A stretch of DNA of 64,000 nt from Macrostomum hystrix (taxonomy: Eukaryota; Animalia; Platyhelminthes). The stretch spans positions 2,108,001-2,172,000 of the forward strand of contig CATNEN010000039.1 of the NCBI GenBank assembly GCA_950097015.1, given 5' to 3'. Shown here in pieces: positions 12,059 to 37,971 of the stretch. Under the pieces are notes generated by a model. It did no database searches and was not told the DNA's origin. It worked only from the letters and a program-made list of their open reading frames with translations. How positions within the stretch are numbered: position 1 is the stretch's first letter; every line of letters starts with the position of its first letter. A program made the translations under genes and the position numbers.

Positions 12059-14184
12059 ACTGTATAGAGGAGTGGCTAAGAGACATGTTTCTAAAGAAGT
12101 AATCAAGAGGGGGCTGTTTGGACAAACTTTTCACTTATTTTTTACTTAAAACGCCTTTAAACAAACTCTACACTTTTCATTAATGCAGTAAATAAATAAA
12201 TGGTGACCTTCACTATAAAGTTAATACAGAGACGTGAATTGCTTACTGCTTTGCTTTAAATTTCTGCCCCAAAAACAACGGGCAAAAAAAGCTAGTATTT
12301 TGTATAATATAATGCTCTGTTGCTCTGCAGTTATATCTTTCGCAAAGCCTAGTAAACTTAAGATTCAATTCATGTAAAAATTTCTCGAAGCTCGTCAACG
12401 CGAATTGAGAATCGGTTAAAAAAATATTAGGAAACATACCAAACTAATCATGTACTCGAATAAATAGGGATCAATGGTAGTCAATGGTACATTGTCTGTG
12501 CAAATATGTATTTGAGTATTTTCAAACAGCTTGTATTTAGTAGTTTCTCGATTTCGATCAAAAATCAGTTGATTTATTAAATCTATCGTGGAGCATATAA
12601 ATCTACGACCAAGAATTAGTGACTCAGTGAAATTAATTTGAGTTTTTGCATCGAAAAAAGTTCAGATCGATGTTCAACCTAAAAATTATTTAGGTATAAA
12701 ATTTGGTATTTTTCATTGTGACAAGAAAAGTGCCGCTATAGTTGTTAAGTATATTTTACTTGGCCGATAATAATGACAGCCTGTTGGTTTGTGGTCTTTT
12801 CAAGCATATTTTCTAACTTAACTTTTAGTCCAACCTGCAGGTTAGCTTTTGGTTATCTAGCAAAATGCCCAAATTAGACGCATATTAAATTTTGTTTTTA
12901 CTACAGATGCCTGCATCTTCTGAGTACACATACAAAGGCCTACTGTTAGTAAATCTAGGCGCAACAAATATTATGACGGCTAATCCAAAGTGATTTAAGT
13001 GCATTTAGCAACGCTCGGTACACAAGGCGGCACTGCAGTTGACAGCGTTGTCGAGTGGCTCGCTGCGTGCCGTGGCCAAATTGCATTATACTAGGGATGG
13101 GGCAAACTTAATGTGCAGCAGCAATTTTCACTGCCGCTTGGCTGAGTAATTATTTTAATTCTTCCTGCATAAAAAATCACAGTAGAGAAGAGCAGTTGAG
13201 ACAGCGATTTCATTTGACGAGATTTGAGTATTTTTATCACCAAATTCGTGAGCCCAATTTGCGAGCGGAAAAAAATTTCACGAAAATCGCTGGCCCAGAG
13301 TAGAAAGCTGACTTCGAGTAATTGTGGCGAATTTTGCATCCGGGGCCGCCTATCGCCCGGTTCGTGGCCAGCCCCGCGTGACGGCTTGGCACTCGGAGTG
13401 GCGGAGGGGGTGGAAGGCAAAAATAATTTCTGTTTGCGCTCGCTGATTTCGGCAAGAGGCAGCCCGCGCGGCGGCTAATTTGGTGTCAATATTTGAGCAG
13501 AAATTAAACTCTAATTGCCTCATAACAGTCTCTGAACCATTTTGGGTAGGCCGCTGGTGCCTCCTCCCTGCCCCGGCACCGGCGGCTGCTGCATGCAGAC
13601 TCCGGATTTCTCCTCCAAGCACGGCGTGTGAGAGCGGCGACTGAAGCAAACAGATGAAGGCACTTAAAGACAAGTGTGTCTCCGGCAGCTGCTCATCTCC
13701 CTGTCCCCCGCGATGTCTCGCGGCTCAGATTTGCTGCTCGGCCATAAGTCGCCGCGGGAGGGGTTCACGGGGCCGCGTTGATGAGGCCATCCGCAGGCTC
13801 TCGCAGAGATGTCTTTTTCTTCCGTTGCCGGACATGAGAAAGCGGAGCCAGAGAGAGCTGGGCGCATGCGGGGGCTAATTAATTTAGCAGGCCGCCGAGG
13901 CCAGAGAGACTGGTGGAGTGGTCCTCCAACTGCTGTTTGATTATTGATAATTGCTGGCGGGCAGGCCGCGGACCCTTCAACCGCCTTCTAATCAAGTGAG
14001 GCGTCCCCCCTTTCCGGAGCTCCAAATTGTTTAGCAATTTTCTGGAGTCTCCGCAGCTTTCTCCGGCGCCTCAGCTGCTCGCTCGGTTTCTTGGAATTTT
14101 CAGATTTCCTTTTAATTTCCGCACCGCAAATTATAATCATAATTAGACAGCCCTAAAAATAGCGCGTGACCATCTTGAGCCAGA

Positions 14185-14590
14185 TCCCTGAAGGAGAGGG
14201 GGTCAGCATCCCTGAAGGAGAGGAGGTCAGTAATCCCTGAAGGAGAGGAGGTCAGGCAGGTTGTGTATCCCTGAAGGAGAGGAGGTCAGGCAGGCTCTGT
14301 ATCCCTGAAGGAGAGGAGGTCAGGCAGGTTGTGTCTCCCTGAAGGAGAGGAGGTCAGGCAGGTTCTGTATCCCTGAAGGAGAGGAGGTCAGGCAGGTTCT
14401 GTTTCCCTGAAGGAGAGGAGGTCAGGCAGGTTCTGTATCCCTGAAGGAGAGGAGGTCAGGCAGGTTCTGTATCCCTGAAGGAGAGGAGGTCAGGCAGGCT
14501 CTGTATCCCTGAAGGAGAGGAGGTCAGGCAGGTTCTGTATCCCTGAAGGAGAGGAGGTCAGGCAGGCTCTGTATCTCTGAAGGAGAGGCG
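14185..14590. repeat. 34-bp minisatellite (ccctgaaggagaggaggtcaggcaggttctgtat) downstream of the homeobox gene
   Basis: Tandem periodicity. Confidence 0.95.
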
Positions 14591-15134
14591 GAACAGCGAG
14601 CGTGCGTGAGGAAAACACATGCATGCTTATTATTGTTTTGCAAGCTCCATCTAATTTTTATTTTTAACAGCTGTAATAGATCCAATGAGTCAGTAGAATT
14701 TTATTTTTGATTAGCGAAACCTAATTTGCTGAAGTAACTTCAAAGCGTGGGGTCTAGTGTCTGTCAGTAAAACCGATGTGAAATTTTTAAGGGAGGAAGA
14801 AAAAAACGGTTGATGACGCACCAATGAATCTGGAAAAAGGCGTTGGACTGGTTGTCTCTGTGCGGTGGAACCGTCTGGCTGGAAATAGTTCCGGCTGGCT
14901 GGGGGCGAATTTCTCCATGGAAACACTCGTCAGACAAAAAACAAAGAAATATCAACTGACACTGACTCAGAAAGATTCGGAACAGAAACGAAAAATGAAC
15001 TGAAAAAACGGGGGAAAAGACATTCGTTTCAGAGAAAATTGCAAAAAAATTAAAGATAAATTTGACTGAACTAAGGCGAGAACTTTGTGCCCGGAATATC
15101 TTTGAGTGATTTCAAAGATTTGGGGCAAGCAGCT

Positions 15135-20924
<5,790 letters not shown>

Positions 20925-21559
20925 GCTTCTCGAAGCTGCAGAGAATTGGATAGCGAAGATTGCTGCAACGGATGAAGAGTCGGCCTTTGTATCAGCCCGC
21001 CGAGCTCAGATCGTGTCGCACGGACTCGCCAATGCGGTCGCAACTGCGCCAGATGATCTGTCGCAAGAAGATCTGACCCCGGCTGCCTGCCATTGGCCAC
21101 CGAAGCAGACGCTGCGAGCTCGGCGGCCATTCGCCAAGCAGCTGCCCCCCCGTGCTGGCCTGGCTTGACAAGCGCGCAAATGAGAATTCCGTGTCGGCAG
21201 TCGCCGCCAGAAGTTACCCCCCCGCAAAAACAGGAAAATAAACGGTGCAGCCTTCTCAGGCTAGGATGAGCAGCTAAACTTTGAGTAGAATCGATTGGCC
21301 CAATCCAATCGACTAGCGAGCTCCAAATCACCTGGCTTTTCAATCCGGTAATTGCACGGAGCTGCAAGTGGCGCGGCTGGGCCGAATTCGGCATAAACGA
21401 GAGCAAACATCCTGGCGACATGAAGCTCTCATCTGGCTATGAATAAATTGCATTTGCCCCCAGATGGTTTATTGGCTCGAACTTGGAACTCTCCTTTACC
21501 TATGTCAGCGTTCATTTCAGTTCCTTATCTGACTGCATCTTGGAAACCAAGTTCGAACT

Positions 21560-22565
21560 TGGGAACCAGGAAACCTGGGAACCAGGAAACCTGGGAACCA
21601 GGAAACCTGGGAACCAGGAAACCTGGGAACCAGGAAACCTGGGAACCAGGAAACCTGGGAACCAGGAAACCTGGGAACCAGGAAACCTGGGAACCAGGAA
21701 ACCTGGGAACCAGGAAACCTGGGAACCAGGAAACCTGGAACCAGGAAACCTGGGAACCAGGAAACCTGGGAACCAGGAAACCTGGGAACCAGGAAACCTG
21801 GGAACCAGGAAACCTGGGAACCAGGAAACCTGGGAACCAGGAAACCTGGGAACCAGGAAACCTGGGAACCAGGAAACCTGGGAACCAGGAAACCTGGGAA
21901 CCAGGAAACCTGGGAACCAGGAAACCTGGGAACCAGGAAACCGGGGAACCAGGAAACCTGGGAACCAGGAAACCTGGGAACCAGGAAACGTTGGGAACCA
22001 GGAAACGTTGGGAACCAGGAAACCTGGGAACCAGGAAACCTGGGAACCAGGAAACCTGGGAACCAGGAAACCTGGGAACCAGGAAACCTGGGAACCAGGA
22101 AACCTGGGAACCAGGAAACCTGGGAACCAGGAAACCTGGGAACCAGGAAACCTGGGAACCAGGAAACCTGGGAACCAGGAAACCTTGGAAGCAGGAAACC
22201 TGGGAACCAGGAAACCTGGGAACCAGGAAACCTTGGAAGCAGGAAACCTGGGAACCAGGAAACCTGGGAACCAGGAAACCTGGGAACCAGGAAACCTGGG
22301 AACCAGGAAACCTGGGAACCAGGAAACCTGGGAACCAGGAAACCTGGGAACCAGGAAACCTGGGAACCAGGAAACCTGGGAACCAGGAAACCTGGGAACC
22401 AGGAAACCTGGGAACCAGGAAACCTGGGAACCAGGAAACCTGGGAACCAGGAAACCTGGGAACCAGGAAACCTGGGAACCAGGAAACCTGGGAACCAGGA
22501 AACCTGGGAACCAGGAAACCTGGGAACCAGGAAACCTGGGAACCAGGAAACGTTGGGAACCAGGA
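21560..22565. repeat. 16-bp minisatellite (gggaaccaggaaacct), about 62 units, between ANKRD42 and ARX
   Basis: Nearly perfect tandem array. Confidence 0.97.
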
Positions 22566-23041
22566 GTTATTGACTCCCATATACCATTTTCTAGAAATGT
22601 TTAAAATAAAAGTAAACGAAAAAAGTGGTTAGGCAAAAGCTGTTAGTTAATTGATTACAAGTCTTGGACCAGTCACCGCGTTGGCCAGCAAGTGTGACTG
22701 CAGTTAGTCTTTTTATTTAGTGTTACTTTCGTTCTTCTGGCAATCGTGCGAGATAGGTATCTAAATAAAAGCTTGATATATCAAGAATAGCAACATGGAA
22801 AAGAAAGAATTAAGGAATAATAGCTTTTTTTCGAGTAAATAATTCGTGGTCGCATTTTCTCCTACATTGGTCAAGTACACAAAAACAGGACGTTGCGAAC
22901 AAAAGCAAACGCACGCAGTTACTACCTTGCAGCTTTCAATTCCAAAGAAAACAAGAAATGCAGCAAGAGGTTACGGTCAGCTTCTTCTACGCTCTTAGTT
23001 TCGTAGCAGCAAGACGCCTGGAAGTGTAGTCTCTTCCCCAA

Positions 23042-30381
<7,340 letters not shown>

Positions 30382-31712
30382 AGCGGCAGCCTCTCTGACT
30401 CGCTTGGCCTGCAATTGTACAGACATGCGGGTGCATGATCTAGCCAGGGATTTTATGAATCAGCTAATTAATTCCCTATTGAATTCAAGTCTGTGCGAAA
30501 ATTGTTTAATTGAACAATTCTGAAGTAAGTCAACTTTTTAGCTTAAATTATAGTCGAGCATATATTTATAATGCATCTGGATCGCTTCGTGGAATAGGTA
30601 GATACATATATATTAATAAAAATAGATCATAATCTCTAGAAAAATATCATTCCTCTCAGGTTTCGCATTTCTAACACAAAAAGTTTTTCTTTTGTGTTAA
30701 CGGCCAGAAAACGGCCATCATTGGACGGTTTGAGAAAATCTACTTAGCTCTTCATACAACGAATGTTCATTTTCAGTCTCATCGCCTGAGCATAAATACG
30801 ATTGTGAGTTTGTGACGACACTGCAAAATTCGTGAATGCAGAATTTTTTTAATTCAAAATATCGCAGAATTATCGTTGAATTTAGAAACATGAAATATCG
30901 ATTAGAAATTCCGCGGCGAAAATTCTAGGACAAAAACTATAACAAAAATTCGAAGTCAGAAACAAAAAAGCAGCAAGCTTTTCTAGGAAAAATGTAATAA
31001 TTTTTTGGAAGCGACAGTTTGGCTGAAAGAAAGAACACAGAAAGCTGTCACATTCTAAGAATTGATGAAATTGTTTTCGTTTCACAGTTCACTGTTCAGT
31101 CTACTCGTAGTACCCCACAGAAATGTCTATAAATGAAATCGCTTATAACTGGAAGACGTCAGAATTACAAGTTGGAAAATCAGTTAGTCAATCAAGCCGA
31201 ATCATGTTGACAAAATCCTTACAAATACTTAACAAGCAGTCTGAAATCTTTGCGAATTGAGTCCAACATTGTTAACAGCACCTCAGTAAAAATAGACACT
31301 AGCAGAAGATTCAAAGCGTTATTACAAAATAATATAAGCGAGCAGCTTCTTCGACAGTAACTCAAAAGCTAAACTTTATCTATTTTTGGCCGGCGATAGG
31401 AAAAAATAATAAAATCAGATATAAAAATAGATTGTAATTCGATGATCGGTAGCAGCAGATTTGCGCTAAAAAAATCAGAGCTTTGAAATCACGAGTGAAA
31501 ATTATTAGCTCGAAGCAAGCAAGACCTGCCGTTTCCAAGTCCGCTTAGCAAGCAGGTTGGCGCTGACAGTTTACGATGGTTTTCTGCTAGAAGTTCTCGA
31601 TTTGAAAATTTCTTTTTAAAAAAACTAGAACATTGTTCCCAACAAAATAGTCCTAACACAATCCCGATTTTGATATTAACACGCATTGCTGATCATTGTC
31701 GGTGTGATTCTT

Positions 31713-34083
31713 CTATTCAACATCGCCTGCGGGCACGTCAACCACACTGGGCGTCGGCGCCGGTCCATACGGATCTCCGACTACGCCACCTCCGTTCTTG
31801 TCCGAGCCGCTGCGGGCGGACAAGGGCCGGGCCCGGCTGGAGTGCGGCCGCTGCTGCTGACCACTGGTTGACGGGCGCTGGCCGCTGTCACCGCTGCTGG
31901 CCGCGCCGCTGCCTCGGCTAGCAGCACTCTTCGCGCCAGACACCGGCGGCAGCTTCGTTGGCGCCTCCTCGCCGCGCACCTCCGTGTACACGCGCTCAAT
32001 GCGGCCCTTGTAGATGTGGCCGTCCATGCCCTGAATGTCGGTCTCCTCGCGGGTCACGGGCGCGGCGGCCCTGGTCGGACTGTGGTAGTCCTCCTCGGGC
32101 AGGACAGCAGTGCGGGTGACGCGCTTGTTCGGGTAGGTGAGGGTGTGCGAGCCGCCAGCCGCTCGTGGCGTGTAATAAGCGTCCAGCATCTCGCCAGCGT
32201 TGATGCTCTTCGCGTGCTGCCGAATGGAGTCCAGCTCGAAGGTGGTGTAGGGCCGCATCGACTTTGTGACGGTGAGGGCCGGCTTCTCCGGCAGCGACGG
32301 CGCCGGCGGGTGCGCGGCCATCTCAAGCGGCCGGTCGCATGAGATGCAGTGGAAGTGCTGCAGCAGCTGGCGCCGCAGTCCCGCCGCGTCGTCCTCATTG
32401 AGGTCGGCAACTCCGGCGCCGCCACCGCTCTTGATTTTGGCGGCGAGGGCTTTGAGCCGCTTCTCGAGCCAGTCCTTCAGCGCGTCCATCTCCAAGCGGT
32501 CCAACTTGCCGTCCAGATCGGCACCCAGAAGCTTCAGCAGGCGCCGCAGGTCGTCCTCCGTGGACAGCAGCTTGCGCAACAGTTCGTCAATCTGCGAGTT
32601 CAGGTTTCCGGTGGTCTCGTCGAAAAGGTTGAAATTTACCTTGGCATCCAGTTGGATTTTGTCCGCCTTCGGTTCTAGTTGCTGGTCAACGTACTCTTTG
32701 TCCGCCTTCACTTCTTCCAGTTGATTCGTGATGCGGAAGAGCTCCTGCAGCTTCTCACCGACATCCTTGCCTCCCTGAGCGAGCGCCTCCAGCACAGAGT
32801 TGATTCGCTCGAGCTCTTTCTGCTGGTCGCTGAGCGCCTTGCGGATCCGGTTCAAGGCCTCAACGTCCCGATCGCGGCTTTGGCGCATGTTGTCCACCAA
32901 GGAGCGCAGATCGCTGAGCTGCTTCAGCAGGTCATCAGGCAGTTTGAGGTTCTCCAGGTCTTTCTTGTCGGCCTTGTTCGGCATTTCGTGTTCCAGCTTG
33001 TCCACCCGAACTTCCAGGTTCTCGTGCCGAGTTGTCAGCTTGCCGAGGCTCTCTAGCATTTCGCGCAACGCCTCGCTGGGACCTGGACTCTGCGGCCGGG
33101 ACATCGGGTCCGTCGCCATGTTGATAACCACTCGTTCCGGCGGGCTGGCCATGCGGGCCATGTCCTCGCGAATGCCTCGCAGCGCCTTCTCAAGCGACTC
33201 CCAGGTGACGAAGTTCTTGAACATGTCCTTCGTTGGCATGCTCTGCATGGTGTCGCGCAGCTCGCCGATCTGCGACTCCAGCTGGGCCAGGCGCTCCCAG
33301 ACTGACTTCATGGATGACAAGTCTTTCAGCTCCGAGCGAAGACTCTCGTTGTCCTTACGCAGGCGGCCCATCTCCTTCATCAGCTCGTCCACCAGTGAGG
33401 ACAGGCGGCCGAGGCCCTCCTCGTTGGCGTCGGTGCGTCGCTTCACCTGAACCATCTGCCACATGTCGGCGGTGGCCCGCCCGTCCGATTTGCCCTTGCC
33501 GCCGAAAACCTGGTCAAAGACGTCCTTGCCACTGGGCAGGCTGTTTAGAGCATCTAGCTGCGTCTCGACAGTGGACAGCCGGTCAAGCAGTTGCTCGGAG
33601 TTCAATCCTGGAGATCGAAGTCAAATCGATTTTGGATTGATTTATTACTTTCAGAAGATTTATGATACACTAAACCACAAGATCCAGAAGCTTGCCATCG
33701 CTCTGCCTAAATCGATCAGTTGTCAGACCCAATGTCAGCTTATGCAAAATGAACCAGTAAATACGACAATTTTTACCTCCACCGCTGCCACCGAAGGTAC
33801 CGTCGCGAGGCAGTCCGCTGTCTGTGGTGACAACAGACTCTGCCCCGTCCAGATCCCGACGACTCTTCGCAGACTTCAAGCCACCGCCAAGCGGATGCTG
33901 GCCGGCCGCCGACTGGAGCTTCGTCAGCCGGTCAGTGCTCACGCTGGGATCATTCAGCTTCTCGACAATGGCATGCAGGAGACCGTGCAGAAGGTTGAAG
34001 TTCACTGCGCCCTGCTCTGGCGAGCCGACAGCCAGGTCCACCAGCTTGGATAGGCTCACGACCTCTTCGGTCTGTGTTGCCAT
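31713..34083 (-). CDS. QRICH2: QRICH2/C16orf96-like coiled-coil protein (DUF4795), 733 aa
   Basis: Exons 34083-33777 and 33607-31713 (phase 1). N-terminal LSKLVDLAVGSPEQGAVNFNLLHGLLHAI, KADK repeats, and DDAAGLRRQLLQHFHCISCDRPL and GMDGHIYKGR are typical of this family. Symbol denotes the family, not proven orthology. Confidence 0.8.
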
Positions 34084-37000
34084 AGTGATTGATTTAACAC
34101 CAAAATTGTAAAGTAGTTAAAATTTAGTTTTTGTTTTGTTGGTTCCCAGTATTTGTGCCTCAATGCTGGCTTCGCTGTAAATAAAAGACAATGCTTAATA
34201 TGTTATGTAATACCGAATGCGCCCTTCGAGGCAAAATCACTGTATGAATTAGATTCATGATGCAAGTACAAATAAATTCTTTTTTACTATCCCAATTTTT
34301 ATTCGAGATTAAGCCTTTCTCAAATCAAATGTCTTGAAAGTTAGGTGAAGAATACAATAAATGAACATAAAATAAACTACAGTATGGACAGTATCAGTAT
34401 GTATATAATAGAATATAACATAAACAGCTTTATACAGTAATACGCTCGTATAAACAACATAAATGAAATAAACTTTCACTATCGTTCGCTTAAGTCATTA
34501 TCCAAAAGTTTTACCTTCACTTTTGAAAGAATCACGTTAAACAATTGATTCTTTGACTTGGCGTTTGAAGGTCACGACGGTTTTCAAAGCTATATATTGC
34601 ATTTTAAATATATATATCGTTATGTAAACAAAACAGTTTTATACTAAAAAATGACTAAAATTACAAAAACACACAATACTAAAAAAACTCGTTTGAATGA
34701 TACTCAAATAATTTTTTGAATAATAGCAAAAACAGTTAAACCTATATAGTCAACAGGTGAAAATGCGTATATTCCGAAAAACTAAGTTTGACCGTTTGAT
34801 TAACATTCATGGTCTTGACAGCTTTCCTTACACTTTAAAATTTGTGTCATTTAATAAACATGAGCCTTCGTGGGAAATCATTATTTGTATATTAAACAAG
34901 CATTAATGGAAAGTAAAAAAATTAGAGCTTGACCTGGCCTGGGGCTGAGGGGACAAGCACTTCGATTTTTGTGCTTGAAAGTCGTAGTTCAAAATATAAG
35001 GGAGAATACAAACTTGAATATCACACAATGCCATAATAGCGACGGCTACCGACAAGTAAAAGATGCTCATATTGTCAATTACATGTATTTTAAAATCGTG
35101 ATATAAAGACACAGTTTTGATAGTTGTACAAATATTTTAGTTCGATATATTATTCTACGTTTTCCTTGTTTTAAAGTTGCGGAAATTTTAAATATAAAGA
35201 AGCGTGACGGTTCTTGGAAAGTTTCTATCGTCCTTGCAGCCTTGCTGCATCGGCAAGGGCGAACTCGATAAAATTACTAACAATCAATTTTTAAATGATT
35301 TTTTTAAAAGCACAGTATTACTACTTTATTTCCTTCAGGTAGCTCCCAGTTTAAAATTTACATTTTCCGTCCAATACACAAAGCATATGGATACGCACAG
35401 CACAATGTGAAATCAAAAAATAGGCAGTTGTTATTTGTCCGGTTAACCGGACAAATAGCCGTTTGATTATTCGTCCGGTTAATCGAGGTTGTAGGGGTTG
35501 TAGCGCTACCACGAGAACCTCTATCATTTGTAAGATAAAATAATTAACAAGCTGCAAAAGGACAGTCATTCAGATTTGAAGTTTGTGTCTCAAATTATTT
35601 TCGCTTATCAACTAATTAAAAAAATTAAAACCTTTTCCAGAAATTCGGTTGTTTCAGAGACTAACTTAGTTCAAGGGTATAGTTTGGTCTTTGTGAGGTC
35701 AAGACTCAAGATGGCTATTAGCAGGGCAAGAGCGGTCTTTGGGAGGATCGTTGCTCCTGCTCATTGAAAGGGGAGAAATTAAGTCCTTGGGTGGTTAACC
35801 GGTTAACCGGACAAATAACCAAATAACCCACCAAATCCTGCAGGAAAAACTCACTTCATTAAAAGCTTGTGCAGGCAAACCTTAGTAGAAATCCATCTGC
35901 AAAAAAACTCCTAAACCCAACATTTAAATGTTTTGTTCTTTCTTGTCTAAAGTTCAGTAGGAACCTTCAATTAAGTGAGCACAATTTTTAAGTTAACCTG
36001 TGAAAGATTTAATTTGGTGGTGCAGAGATGAAGTGGAGCCAATCAGGGCAAACCAACAACAACTTCTGTTTGATATGTCTTCTGTACAGTAGCCTAAAAA
36101 GCTGCCTAAAAAATTTGATGTTTTGATTTTGCCAAACTTTCAAAATATAGAATGTAATATGATATATAATATGAAATTTTTTGTTGGAGCCATCATTAGA
36201 TATTTAAATAGTCTCTCTTACCTATTGTTTTTATATGTTGCTATTTATTGATTATACCATCACTCTCATAGATTACCTAGTTGTAGACTCTGTCTGTTTA
36301 GTGTTTAGGCCTTACTTGCCACATAGTTGGAGACTGTTAAAATCTTAGCAAAAAACTATAATGTAAAATAATTTTGTTAGGCCAATACTAAAGAAAGGAA
36401 ACCTTTTTGTTGTGTTGAACCATAGTAAATTTGGTTTCATGCAAGTATTACAATTCTTTAGGCCATTTAAATTTTAGGCATGCGGGTTATTTTGTTAGCT
36501 GCCATTTTATCAAATAAGTTAACAAAGTGACTATGAAATGGTTTTAGGTCTCCTATGGTGTTTGATAAAGTGACCAAATATGTCAATGTCATTTTTTATT
36601 TTAAAAAGCAGAATAAAATAAAGCATTGTTATTGGTACACATTTTGTATGCCTAAACAGACTTCTTAGTTGCCTGCTAATTATGCAACAAAAGTAAATAG
36701 CACTTTCCATGAATCTATCATTTTTGTGCCAACCCTTGCCTACCCTATTTGAATAATCAAGTATAATTTTTATGTGCTCCTACATAATGTATGCCTTATC
36801 AGTCTTGGTAAGTATATGGCTAGAATTTTTTATCTGCCTAATTGTTCTTGTGCTTATGCTTTGATAATTAAAATCCCATTGTTGTTTCCAAAGTTGTTAT
36901 AAGGCTAACTTCTAATAATTTACTAATCCTAATTATGCCACCAAAGTTGTGCTAGGGTTATATTATAATTGTTAATATCTCACTGAATGCCAACAAAGTT

Positions 37001-37614
37001 GTTGTAGCACTATATAATCTATTTTCAAATACTATCTTATATCAAACTTATGAGTGTCTTTAGTTATTCACTTTAGGTACTTCTTATTTCAATTCCAAAA
37101 TTGGTTGCATTATGTATTTAATCTGGTAGTGTTATAATTTCAATATGGCCAATATAATTAAACTGTATTATTTCTGTAAGTAGTCTTTATCAGTCCTTAT
37201 CCATCTTTATCAATATTTATCACTCTTCAATTACTCTTCAATTGATCTTCAATTCAGTCTTCAGTCCGTCTTGGGCTTTACCAGTGGATCTAGGGTTACA
37301 GCTCTCCGTTCACTCTATTCACTTTGAGACAAACACTTCAATATTCAAGCTTTCTTTATTCTGAACATGAACGTTTTAGCACTTACAAAAACATACAAAC
37401 GTTGATTCTCTGCTTTCTCTTACTCGTGTATTTATACTGTTTTTTGCTACCCTTCTTCACTTCATTATAACTGCACTTATATTTTCGGTGCATTCGGTGC
37501 ATAAAAACATTTTTGGTGCATTTTAACAAATCGGAGTGTATTTAAACAAATTAAAAGTATTTCTAAGAAAATAAACGAGCCCTATCTCATAATATAATAA
37601 TAATAATTGTAGGG

Positions 37615-37742
37615 GGCTACATGCAATTGCACCTCATTTTGTGGCAGTAGACCCACAGCCAGTGAGGTGGCGATTCTGTCCATTCCACTGACCCCTAAAA
37701 ACAGACTCACAGGTGTGTACATCTCTGACATTCTCATTCTCA
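37615..37742 (-). mobile_element. SINE family 2 fragment
   Basis: agacccacagccagtgagg..ctcacaggtgtgtacatctctgac shared with other copies. Confidence 0.6.
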
Positions 37743-37971
37743 GACTTTCCAGGATAAATAAAGAGTAATATATACCATCCATTAGAAAGTAAAAAATTAA
37801 TTAAGTAATCAACAAAAAAGTTATTTAATGCAAATGCAAATGCAAATAATTGTGTGTACAGGTAGATTATAATAAAGCTAGAACAATGCCAATGAAGAAT
37901 GTTGGTAGGCTTTAGTTTATTGTAGTATTTATAAAAAGCTCAATTGCTTTTAAACATTTAACACATTTGAT

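Larger units (their letters stand above)
9080..12295 (+). mobile_element. 5'-truncated Helitron with intact 3' terminus
   Basis: Encodes the end of the Rep domain and a PIF1 helicase. Subterminal hairpin gccc-N-gggc at 12266-12283, then CTAG (12292-12295) followed by T, the canonical Helitron 3' end. Confidence 0.9.

Noticed and set aside
21439-22632. Long ORFs (350-400 aa) in several frames over the 16-bp array; likewise 1316-1834, 29019-30073, 45196-45705 and 53679-54595
   Set aside because: They arise from stop-free tandem repeats and show no domain or splice support.
32016-33640. Long plus-strand ORFs antisense to the QRICH2-like gene, and similar antisense ORFs over the LINE and BEL
   Set aside because: Shadow ORFs of GC3-rich coding sequence.
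37280-37480. Possible solo LTR (reverse TATA and AATAAA)
   Set aside because: I could not find TG..CA termini or a TSD.
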